Assembly (NCBI GenBank): GCA_964482205.1
Contig: CAYZWI010000003.1
Location: 8,969 to 72,968, forward strand
Origin: an uncultured bacterium
GTDB taxonomy: Bacteria > Eisenbacteria > RBG-16-71-46 > CAIMUX01 > WJJG01
Length of the DNA stretch: 64,000 nucleotides
Reading direction: 5' to 3'
Shown here: positions 18,474-27,143 of the stretch, piece by piece
Numbering within the stretch: position 1 is the first letter of the stretch
How the letters are laid out: every line of letters starts with the position of its first letter
The notes under the pieces: generated by a model
Told to the model about the DNA's origin: nothing
What the model saw: only the letters and a program-made list of their open reading frames with translations
Database searches by the model: none
Position numbers and translations under genes: made by a program

Positions 18474-18542
18474 CTTCGCGAGCTCGCCCCTCCCCCGGGC
18501 GCTCGCCGCCGGCCATGCGGTACTTCCGCCAAGGAGATGTCG

Positions 18543-20603
18543 ATGAAGGATCGTATGCGGGATCGGTTGTGGATCGAGAGATCGTTCGCATTCGGGATCG
18601 CGCTCGCCGCTCTCGTCCTGCTCCTCCACGCGGCCGGCGGGGCGCCGGCGGCCAAGGAGCAAGGCGTTCGTTTCACTTCCGACTCGCGGCAGACCTCGGG
18701 ACATCCGCGCGAGGAGGCGGAGGCCCGGGGACGCCATCGCTCCGGGCTGCGCGACTCCCGCCCCGCTTCGCTGCTCGATTCGCAAGACGAGCTGCCCGAT
18801 ATCGCGACCTTCCTCCAGATCGGACAGGCCACTCCAGTCGGATACAGCTGGGACGGCGAGGATGTCTACTTCGTCTCGCAGATGTCCGGAGCCACGCAGG
18901 TGTACCGCCTGACCGCGGAAGGCTGGCCGATGCAGCTCAGCTTCTTCGAGGACGGGATCGAGTTCTTTCACCTCTCGCGCGGCGGCGGGCTCGCGATCGT
19001 GGGCGCTTCGACGGGCGGATCCGAGCTCGCTCAGCTCTACTTGATGGACACGCAGAGCGGACGCCTCGTGGCGCTCACGCACTTCGACGACGTGCAGGCC
19101 GGATCGGTCGTCTGGTCGCTCGACGACCGCGAGATCTACTATCGCTCGAACGAGGAGAACAAGCGCGACTTCTTCATCTATCGCATGGATGTCGCGACCG
19201 GCGAGCGGGCCAGGATCTTCGGCGAGACCGGCGGTGTCGATGGCTACAATGAGGTCGCCGCGGATCCCTCTCCCGATGGGCGCACGCTGATCATCAGCCA
19301 CGCCACATCGAGCGCGAACAACGACCTCTATCTTCTCGATCTTGCGAGCGGTGCCTCTCGCAAGCTGACCGAGGACGACGAGGATGTGTTGTACGGTTCG
19401 CCCGCCTTTCTGGCCGACAATCGCACCCTGCTGCTCACCTGCAATGCGAACCCCGACGGCATCGCGCGCCTCGCGCGCATGACGATCGATTCGCCGAAGG
19501 TGGAATTCGTCGACGACGGCTGGCCCGATCCGCGCTGGGAGATCGATGCGCTCACCCTCTCGCGCGACGTTCGCCACCTGGCCGCCTTCGTGAACGAAGA
19601 CGGATATGTGCGCATGCACGTGCGCGACCTCGAACGCGACGCGGCGCTGCCCGATCCGCCGCTCGCGGGCATGCTCGGCGGCGGAATGGCGGACCGGCAG
19701 GGACGCTTCCTCCTCTCCTTCGTCGGCCCCACTCGCGCGCCCGATGTGTGGCGCTGGGACCCGCGCGCCGAGAGGCTCGAGCAATTGACCTTCGCGACCT
19801 ACGCGGGCATCGACCGCGAACGCTTCCAGGAGCCGCGCCTGGTCCGCTATCGCAGCTTCGACGGCCTCATGATCCCCGCGTTCCTCTATCTGCCCTCCGG
19901 CTACGCGGGCGGGCCGATTCCTTTCCTCATCGACGCGCACGGCGGGCCCGAAGGGCAGGCGCGCCCCGCGTTCCAGCGCAACATCCAGTACCTGCTCCTG
20001 CACGGCTACGGATTGCTCGCACCGAATCCGCGCGGCTCGACGGGCTATGGGCGCGACTACCTGAACTTCGACAACTACAAGAATCGTGAGAGCGCCTTGC
20101 GGGATTACAAGGCGGCCGCCGACTGGCTGATCAACGAGGGGTACACCGAGCCGCGCATGCTGGGGATTCGCGGCGGATCCTACGGCGGCTTCGTGGTGCT
20201 CGCGATGATCGCCGGCTATCCCGAGCTCTTCGCGGCCGCGGTCGAGAATGTGGGCATCGCGAATTTCCAGACTTTTCTCGAAAACACCAGCGCCTATCGC
20301 CGCGCGCTGCGCGAGGCGGAGTACGGCCCGCTCAGCGATCCCGAATTCCTCGCGTCGATCTCGCCGATCCACAAAGCCGATCGCATCCGCACGCCTCTGC
20401 TCGTCGTGCATGGCGTGAACGATCCGCGCGTGCCGATCGGAGAGGCGCGCCAGATCATCGCCGCGATCCGCGACCGGGGCGGCGCCGTCGACTCGCTGAT
20501 CTTCGCGGACGAGGGCCACGGCACCGGCAAACGGGACAACACGATCGTGGAATACCGCCGCCAGGTGGAGTTCTTCGATCGGTACTTGAAAGCGGCGAAA
20601 TAG
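18543..20603 (+). CDS. Exported S9 family serine peptidase (beta-propeller plus alpha/beta hydrolase)
   Basis: GGSYGG nucleophile, NDPRV Asp, DEGHG His; N-terminal hydrophobic segment; SD AAGGAG. Confidence 0.93.
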   Translation: MKDRMRDRLWIERSFAFGIALAALVLLLHAAGGAPAAKEQGVRFTSDSRQTSGHPREEAEARGRHRSGLRDSRPASLLDSQDELPDIATFLQIGQATPVGYSWDGEDVYFVSQMSGATQVYRLTAEGWPMQLSFFEDGIEFFHLSRGGGLAIVGASTGGSELAQLYLMDTQSGRLVALTHFDDVQAGSVVWSLDDREIYYRSNEENKRDFFIYRMDVATGERARIFGETGGVDGYNEVAADPSPDGRTLIISHATSSANNDLYLLDLASGASRKLTEDDEDVLYGSPAFLADNRTLLLTCNANPDGIARLARMTIDSPKVEFVDDGWPDPRWEIDALTLSRDVRHLAAFVNEDGYVRMHVRDLERDAALPDPPLAGMLGGGMADRQGRFLLSFVGPTRAPDVWRWDPRAERLEQLTFATYAGIDRERFQEPRLVRYRSFDGLMIPAFLYLPSGYAGGPIPFLIDAHGGPEGQARPAFQRNIQYLLLHGYGLLAPNPRGSTGYGRDYLNFDNYKNRESALRDYKAAADWLINEGYTEPRMLGIRGGSYGGFVVLAMIAGYPELFAAAVENVGIANFQTFLENTSAYRRALREAEYGPLSDPEFLASISPIHKADRIRTPLLVVHGVNDPRVPIGEARQIIAAIRDRGGAVDSLIFADEGHGTGKRDNTIVEYRRQVEFFDRYLKAAK

Positions 20604-20785
20604 GCGGGCGGTGTGCGCGGGCGGCCGCGTCGTCCGATCGCGGGCACGGCCGCGTCATCCCGGGCGTGAGGGCGAATCGACGCTCGCAACCTTCGTGCCC
20701 GCGCGGTATCCTTAACGAGGTGCTGAAAGGCAACCACAGCGGTGAGGCCGCTCGTCTTCTTCGCTTCCTTCAACGGAGAAATGCC

Positions 20786-22096
20786 ATGCGATTCGCATCC
20801 CGCCCCACGCCCGCGCGCCGGCGCATGCATTGGGCCTTCACGATCCTCGCCTTCGGCGCCGCGTTCGCCTTCGGCTGCTCGGATTCGACCGGGCCCTCCA
20901 CAACGGACACGAGCGATGAGAATCTCGAGCTCACCGGTTCGATCAATCCGGCAGAGCAAACCTTCCTGATCGACAGCGACGATGCGAACCTGCCTCCCGA
21001 GCGCCACGGCCGCTTCCTGCTGATCGGCAGCAACCCCGTCGTCGATGCGGAGGCGCAAACGGTCTCCTTCGATGTGCGCATTCGCAATGCGTCGCGCGAC
21101 TCGGCGGCCGCGCCCCTCATCGCCTGGGTGAGCCGGCTGCGTCCGGCCGCCGTGACGGTCGCGAACGCCGATCTCGTCGACAGCTTGCATGGAGGTGGCG
21201 AAGCGGTGCGCTTCGGATTCGACTATTCGGCCTCACTCGGCGAGGACGGCGTGCTCGCTCCCGCGGAGGAATCCGAGGCGCGCGGGTGGACCTTCCACGA
21301 TCCGGAACTGCTCCCCTTCACCTTCGCCGCGCGCATCCAGGCCGGCGAGCCTCCCGAGCCGCCCGCGCCCGGCGCAACGATCGCCGGCCGCCTCTTCCTC
21401 GACCGCAACCGCAATGAGCTCGCGGATTCGACCGAACCGGGACTGCGGGCGATGATCGTGATGCGGGCGCCCGGCGGCGCCATCGCGCGCGCGCACACCG
21501 ATCGCGCCGGGGTCTATCGCTTCGCGATTCGCGCGGCGGGATGGTACGAGTTGCGCTGCGAAGTTCCGCCTCGATTGCCGGGGGAATTCACGACGCCCAA
21601 TCCGCTGCAAGTGGTCGTCGTCGCTGACGAGGAAGGCCGCCTGCAGAGCGTGCGCGGCGCGAACTTTGGATTCGCGGAGCGCGACTCCGCGCCCGCAGCT
21701 CCTCCGGTCATCATGACCGGCCGGCCGCTCGAGGACTTCTCCCAGGATCCCTGCCGCTTGCTGGACGCCCAGGTGCGCGGCGATCTCCTGCTCTTGCGCG
21801 TGGGGTACAGCGGCTGCCGGCCCGATCATCCCTTCGCGGTGTACATCTCGACGGCCTTCGCGGAATCGATGCCCATCCAGACGAGGGCGCTGCTCGTGCA
21901 CGACGATCGCGACGAGCCTTGCGACCAGGCCTTCGAGAACCCGCTGCGCTTCAGCCTCGCTCCGCTGCGCGATGCGTACCTGCAGGCCTACGGACGCCCG
22001 GGCGTGGTCGTCATTCACTTGTCTGATTTTCACGGCGGGCAGCGCGAGGTGCGTTACCGCATCGCGGGATGCGACTCGCTTCCGCCGTTCGAATGA
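20786..22096 (+). CDS. Lipoprotein with an SdrD-B-like Ig domain and uncharacterised flanking domains
   Basis: Lipobox AFAFG-C; GRLFLDRNRN...EPGL...TDRAGVYRF resembles an SdrD B repeat; SD GGAG before ATG 20786. Confidence 0.75.
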   Translation: MRFASRPTPARRRMHWAFTILAFGAAFAFGCSDSTGPSTTDTSDENLELTGSINPAEQTFLIDSDDANLPPERHGRFLLIGSNPVVDAEAQTVSFDVRIRNASRDSAAAPLIAWVSRLRPAAVTVANADLVDSLHGGGEAVRFGFDYSASLGEDGVLAPAEESEARGWTFHDPELLPFTFAARIQAGEPPEPPAPGATIAGRLFLDRNRNELADSTEPGLRAMIVMRAPGGAIARAHTDRAGVYRFAIRAAGWYELRCEVPPRLPGEFTTPNPLQVVVVADEEGRLQSVRGANFGFAERDSAPAAPPVIMTGRPLEDFSQDPCRLLDAQVRGDLLLLRVGYSGCRPDHPFAVYISTAFAESMPIQTRALLVHDDRDEPCDQAFENPLRFSLAPLRDAYLQAYGRPGVVVIHLSDFHGGQREVRYRIAGCDSLPPFE

Positions 22097-22145
22097 AAGC
22101 CCCCCGGCTGCGCCTGTCGCGAGTACGCGCTCGCCAGCGTGACGA

Positions 22146-23591
22146 TCAGGCCCCCTGTTCGCGCGGGTCGGTGCGCCGGATGATGTCGCTCACCGCCGTC
22201 TGGTTGAATCCCTTGAAGCCTTCCCCGCGCTGAATGTTCTCCATGTGGCTTCCGATCGCACCTTGCGCCGCGAAACGCGCGCGCTCGCCCTCGGTGAGAG
22301 GCAAGCGCTCGACGCGCAGCGGATCGACCACCCAGCGCTCGCCGGCGGTAAAGGCCTGCTTCAAGAACGAGAAATCGCTGAAGGGCGACATCATCGAGAC
22401 GCCGAAGCCCGCCAGGCCGCGCGTGAAGGCCGAGAAATCGGCGCGCACGGCGAGGTGATGCAGGCCCGCGTCGAGCAGCGATTCGCCGTGCAGCGCGCAC
22501 CACAGCCCGACCGTGCCGAGCGTCTCGCGAGGCGCGAGTTCCGCCGCACGGAAATCGATCGCGATCTCCTCCGGCGACAGGTCCACATCGGCGAAGACCG
22601 CCAGCCGGCAGGTGGGCTGCTCGAGCACCTGCGCGCCCCAGCCCGCTTGCGCTCCGGCGTGGAAGCGCTCGCGCGCGTGGAAGCCGAAGGCCCGAAGCGT
22701 GTCGAGCAGCAAGGGGAAGAGCTCACGCGAGCTGCGGAAGGTGTGGTGATCGTGATTGGCCCAGCCCAAACCGAGCGCATCCTGGCAAGCGCGTTGCGCG
22801 CGGCCGGCGCGATTGCGCGCTTGCCAGTAGTCGCGCTCGGCCGCGAAGGCCGTCCAGGCCGCTTCGTCGGGACCGAGCTCTTCGGCCAGCGAGCGCGCCA
22901 GGCGCAAGGTCGCCTGCATCGCGGCCCGCGCGCCTTCCACGCCCGGCTCCTGCGCGCGTCGCGCGCGGGTGCGCCAGCGCTCGAAGGCGGCCAGATGCGC
23001 GGCCGTGCGCGCCGATGACACTTCGCGAGGCGCGATGCCGCGTGAGGTCGTGCGCTCGATGACGGCGAACTCGATCCCGTCCCCGCTCCAGATGCGCGCG
23101 CGGCGCAAGGGAGCGAGCGGACTGCCCTCCACCGGGGAATCGATCCGCCAGGCGGCCAGAAAATCGGCGAGGCGCTCGACCGCGAGGCCCACGCCGCGCA
23201 ACGCCCCTCCGCCCTCTTCGCTCTCCGCGCCCTGCAACGCAATGCGAGGCAGGATCGCGCCCGGATGGATCCAGGTGCCATCGGCGTTGGACGCGGGATC
23301 GGGAGTGTAACCGACCGCGGCCAGCTCCTTGCGCACGCCGCGACCATCGGCGAGCGCGAAGTGATCGATCCAATCGAACACGCGCGTCCCCGTGCGCGAA
23401 GAAATCTCGCGCGCGATCGTGGCGAAGGGCGCAATCGCGGCCCGGCATTCCTCGAGCCGTTGCAGGCAGAACGCTTCCGCTTGGGGATGGCGCCGCCACG
23501 GCTCGTCCGCCGAATCGTGCTTCTCGCTGTCCATCGCATGCGCGTTCCGCTGATGATCTTCTTCCCGATCCGCGCCGGTAACTTCTGGCAT
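22146..23591 (-). CDS. Uncharacterised protein, probable VOC/HPPD-like metalloenzyme
   Basis: NHDHHTFR, AGLHHLA and MENIQRGEGFKGF motifs; SD before ATG 23591; coding-like codon usage. Confidence 0.75.
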   Translation of the reverse strand: MPEVTGADREEDHQRNAHAMDSEKHDSADEPWRRHPQAEAFCLQRLEECRAAIAPFATIAREISSRTGTRVFDWIDHFALADGRGVRKELAAVGYTPDPASNADGTWIHPGAILPRIALQGAESEEGGGALRGVGLAVERLADFLAAWRIDSPVEGSPLAPLRRARIWSGDGIEFAVIERTTSRGIAPREVSSARTAAHLAAFERWRTRARRAQEPGVEGARAAMQATLRLARSLAEELGPDEAAWTAFAAERDYWQARNRAGRAQRACQDALGLGWANHDHHTFRSSRELFPLLLDTLRAFGFHARERFHAGAQAGWGAQVLEQPTCRLAVFADVDLSPEEIAIDFRAAELAPRETLGTVGLWCALHGESLLDAGLHHLAVRADFSAFTRGLAGFGVSMMSPFSDFSFLKQAFTAGERWVVDPLRVERLPLTEGERARFAAQGAIGSHMENIQRGEGFKGFNQTAVSDIIRRTDPREQGA

Positions 23592-23622
23592 GTCCTCTTC
23601 CTTTCCTGGTGTGCGCGCGAAC

Positions 23623-23657
23623 GCATTCCACATTCCGTATTCCGTATTCCGTATTCA
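23623..23657. repeat. 7-bp tandem repeat x5 (core ATTCC)
   Basis: GCATTCC ACATTCC GTATTCC GTATTCC GTATTCA read directly. Confidence 0.9.
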
Positions 23658-23789
23658 GCGTCCGGGTTCGAACACCTCCTGGGTCCCCGCGCCGCCTTTG
23701 CAGAATCGCCCTTGATGAAACGCCCCAACCGCTTCCCGATGCAACCGGCCGATGCCCGAGAAGCGGATATGGGGGAAATCCTTATGAGT

Positions 23790-23817
23790 AACGGCCGCCT
23801 CCGAAGAGACGGCCGTT
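23790..23817 (-). terminator. 12-bp cUUCGg stem-loop downstream of the clan CD peptidase gene (terminator-like or stabilising)
   Basis: AACGGCCGTCTC-TTCG-GAGGCGGCCGTT; only a weak U-tract. Confidence 0.5.
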
Positions 23818-23901
23818 TGCGTCAGCGTTTGCGATCGAGGTGGACGGCGATCGCATCCCATCGAATGCGGCGGATCGTGTGCGAGCGATCGCCCTCAGAC
23901 C

Positions 23902-26781
23902 CTACCGCACGATCATCACCTTACCCGCCTGCGTGCGATCTCCCGTCACCATCCGGTAGTAGTAGCTGCCCGCGCCCACCGGCCGTCCGCTCGCGTCGCG
24001 GCCGTCCCACGCAATCGCGTGGCTCCCCGCGGCGAAGTCTTCATCGGCCAGCGTGCGGATGCAGCGTCCCGACGGGTCGAAGAGCTCGAGGCGCACGCGC
24101 TCCGCGGCGGGAAGCTCGAAGCGCAAGTGGACGGCCGCGTCCAGCGCGGCGCCGTTGCCTTCCGCGCCCACCATCGGATTGGGATACGCGGGCATCAAGC
24201 GCGGATGGAGCACGCGCTCCACCACCGGCTCGTCCGGAGTCGACGACGCGGCGTAGAGCACGACCTGCACATCGTCGAGATACCATCCCTCGAGCACGAC
24301 CGCTTGATCGGAGCCAAAGACCCAGCGCAGCTTGGCCGTTCCGGAATAGGCGGAGAGGTCGACGTTGACTTCCGTCCAGTCGATCGTTCCTGACCAGACG
24401 AGCGTGCCCGCGGTGAAGGGCCCGGTCTGCGTGCTGCCCGTGCGGATGGTGTAGGGATATCCGCCCGTGGGCGTGAGCGTGGTCCACGCGCCGTCGTTGA
24501 CCGAGATCTGCAGCAGGCCGCCGTCGTAGCAGTAGTCCGGATACGAGGAGCTCGTCTCGGCGCGCATCCAATGCCAGAAGTTCAATGACCCGCCCGGCGC
24601 CAGCGTGAAGGGATCGGTTTCCAGGATGGAGTAATTGTAGCTGGCATACGCGGTCGCGCCCGCGCCGCCGCACTTCCAGCTCGTAGACCCATTGAGCGTG
24701 TGATTGCGATAGGTATCCAAATGCCATTCGTCCACCCAGCCGGTGCCGGGGCCGACATAGTGGGTCCAGTAGTCCGGGCCGGCTTCGACATCGTCCGAGA
24801 AGATCTGGCCGACGGACAGCGAAGCGGAGCCCATCGCGTGGTAGTGGTTCGGGCCGAGCAACTCGAGATACAGAATCCCCGCGTATTGCGGCGGACAGGT
24901 GAGCGCGACGGTCGCTTGGAAGTTCTCTTCGAGAACGCTTCCCCCGACGGGGATCATGCCGATCGCATGCGGCGTCTCGTCGGTGGTGAAGTTTGGATCG
25001 CCGCTCAACAGCCGGGCGTTCAAATCGGGCGAGGGGCATCCGCCGGTGTTGCGCACTTCGAAGATGAGCGAGACGGTTTCGCCCGGCTCGGCCACCCCGT
25101 TGCCGTTGCCCAGCGGGTCGTCGATGTCGAGGAGATACACATCGTATTCGGGCGCCGTCGCGGAGAGCCCGAGCCCGAAACCGCCCGGCTCTTCGTTCAG
25201 TTCGAGGTAGATCTCCAGGTCGGTGCCGTCCGGGACATCCTGGGCCACATAAAAGACGAACGGCTGCGGATTCGTCGCCGACATTCCCGGAGGGATGTCG
25301 CCGAATTTGATCCCGTTGGCGATGAGGCTCACATAGGGCGAAGGCGTGGTGAGCGTGCCCGTCACCTGCACGGCGGTTTCCGTCCCCCTGTTGCTCAAGG
25401 TGACATAGATCTCGATGGTCTCAGCGAAATCGATCACCCCGTCGCCGTCTCCGCTCGAGGCGCCTTCCAGGTCGTCGTCGATGACCAGGTCCTCGCGCAT
25501 CAAATAGACGCCTGCGAGATTCCCGTACAGGTTCAGCATGTCGCCCAGGTCCGCGGGCGTGCTGCTGTACTGCGGCGTCTCGTCGCTGAAGTCGTTGGCC
25601 TGCGCGTAGAGGAAGGCCTCGTGCATGTCGACGATCATGTCGTTGTTGATGTCCGCGTCGACCGGCGCTCCGGAAGGCAGCTGCCAGGCCACCGCCGCAG
25701 TCCAGAAGTAGACATAGGTGTCGTAGACATAGTCGGGCGGCATGGCCCACGAGTACTCGGTGTACGAGGCCCCGGTCGAGATCACCCGCCCTTCGCCCAC
25801 GAGGTCATCGAGCATTCCGCCGCTGAAGCACTGCTCGAAGGTGCAGATGACCGTCTCGCACGGCAGGGTGCTGACGAGCGCGGCCATCTGGTCGTCGCGC
25901 ATCTCCTCCCAGTTCCACAGATTCAGGTAGGCGTCCCAGCCGCTCTCCTGGCCGCCGTGATCGGTGGTGAAGATGAAGAGTTGATCGCTGGGCGTGAGAA
26001 TGGTGGCCAGCTCATTGAAGACCTGCGTGATGTACTGCATCGTGGCCGGATACATGATGTCGGCGTCGCCGTCGTTGTCGAGATCGACGGGCGAGTTGGT
26101 GCCGTCCGAGCGGTCGACCGCCGGGTTGGTCCCGTCGGAGATGCACACGTAGATGTTCTCGTCCGGGTACTCGTAGTACCCAGCGAGCGTGCGGTAGATG
26201 AACGCGCAGTCGTTCCAGTAGCGGATGTGGTTGTTGCCCTGGTCGGCTCCCCCGCTGATGATCAGCGCGTAGGACATCCCGCGCGTCTCGCGCGGCGGCT
26301 TGGGCAGCTCCTGCAGACGCGCGCTGAAGGCCGCCAGCTCGCGCTCGGACACTCCTGGAGGCGGATTGTCGCGACCGTTGGTGACCTCGGTCATCGCATC
26401 GCGATGACGGGGAGGCACGCGCGATTCGAACGACTGCACGTCGCCCGTCGCCTCATCCACAAACAGGTACAGGCAGGGATGCTCCCAGTTGGCGGCCGGC
26501 ATCAGGTCGACGAAGACGAACCAGCCGTCCGCGGGCGCGGTGAAGATGTCGCGCTTCCACGAAGAGACGACCGAGCCCTCGGTGACCGCTTCCGGGGTCA
26601 CATAGAGGCGCACGCCCTCGAGCGTGCCGCCGGGAAGAGACGCGGTCGCGATGGAGACGGCGTCGTCGCGAGTGACCGCCGGCTCCTCCGCGGAGGCAGG
26701 CACACTGAACAAGGCCGAAGCGAAAAGAACGCAGGCGATGACGAGCAGAGACGAAAGGCACGGCAAGGTCCGCGTGGTCAT
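23902..26781 (-). CDS. Secreted clan CD (C13/C25-like) cysteine peptidase with Ig/jelly-roll domains and a T9SS type A/FlgD-like C-terminal domain
   Basis: Signal peptide; TTDHGG and FEQCFSGG His/Cys dyad; DxDxDG motifs; C-terminus AYPNP...WDGRD.SG..V..GSYYYRM...KVMIVR; SD GGGAGG. Confidence 0.85.
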   Translation of the reverse strand: MTTRTLPCLSSLLVIACVLFASALFSVPASAEEPAVTRDDAVSIATASLPGGTLEGVRLYVTPEAVTEGSVVSSWKRDIFTAPADGWFVFVDLMPAANWEHPCLYLFVDEATGDVQSFESRVPPRHRDAMTEVTNGRDNPPPGVSERELAAFSARLQELPKPPRETRGMSYALIISGGADQGNNHIRYWNDCAFIYRTLAGYYEYPDENIYVCISDGTNPAVDRSDGTNSPVDLDNDGDADIMYPATMQYITQVFNELATILTPSDQLFIFTTDHGGQESGWDAYLNLWNWEEMRDDQMAALVSTLPCETVICTFEQCFSGGMLDDLVGEGRVISTGASYTEYSWAMPPDYVYDTYVYFWTAAVAWQLPSGAPVDADINNDMIVDMHEAFLYAQANDFSDETPQYSSTPADLGDMLNLYGNLAGVYLMREDLVIDDDLEGASSGDGDGVIDFAETIEIYVTLSNRGTETAVQVTGTLTTPSPYVSLIANGIKFGDIPPGMSATNPQPFVFYVAQDVPDGTDLEIYLELNEEPGGFGLGLSATAPEYDVYLLDIDDPLGNGNGVAEPGETVSLIFEVRNTGGCPSPDLNARLLSGDPNFTTDETPHAIGMIPVGGSVLEENFQATVALTCPPQYAGILYLELLGPNHYHAMGSASLSVGQIFSDDVEAGPDYWTHYVGPGTGWVDEWHLDTYRNHTLNGSTSWKCGGAGATAYASYNYSILETDPFTLAPGGSLNFWHWMRAETSSSYPDYCYDGGLLQISVNDGAWTTLTPTGGYPYTIRTGSTQTGPFTAGTLVWSGTIDWTEVNVDLSAYSGTAKLRWVFGSDQAVVLEGWYLDDVQVVLYAASSTPDEPVVERVLHPRLMPAYPNPMVGAEGNGAALDAAVHLRFELPAAERVRLELFDPSGRCIRTLADEDFAAGSHAIAWDGRDASGRPVGAGSYYYRMVTGDRTQAGKVMIVR

Positions 26782-26876
26782 CAGAAGCCTCCCTGTCATG
26801 CGGCACCCATATTCCAGGCGAGGGAGGCCCGGAGGTCCTGGTGCCTGATCGACGGCGTGGCGCAACCCTCTGTGCG

Positions 26877-26885
26877 AGTATAGCA
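26877..26885 (-). promoter_or_regulatory. Extended -10 promoter (TGnTATACT) for the clan CD peptidase
   Basis: Minus strand TGCTATACT about 100 bp upstream of the start. Confidence 0.55.
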
Positions 26886-27143
26886 TAGCGATCGCGCGAA
26901 AGCACGCGCGGAATCGTGGAGCGGGCGAAGCGCAAGCCGGCCGCGCGCGAGTCGCGAACCGCGAACGGTTCTCTCATTTCTTCCGCCCATTCGAGCCCAT
27001 ACAATCGGGCGTTCGATCGCGTTCGAAGCGCGGCGGCGGAGAACGGGCTTCGCGACTCTTAAGCGAAGCCCGGTCGGGCTTCGTCGCGGCGCGACACCGC
27101 ATGACATCGTTGCGCAGGCTCACAACGCATGAGGAGGTCGGCC

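Noticed and set aside
16566-20519. Upstream 1318 codons of the 1692 aa ORF ending in ddl
   Set aside because: It overlaps the real polyferredoxin and S9 genes in other frames; ddl has its own SD and ATG at 16565, so this is not a giant fusion.
23700-23835. Known riboswitch (c-di-GMP-I, SAM-I or cobalamin) upstream of the VOC-like gene
   Set aside because: Only isolated words match; the required helices are missing or on the wrong strand.
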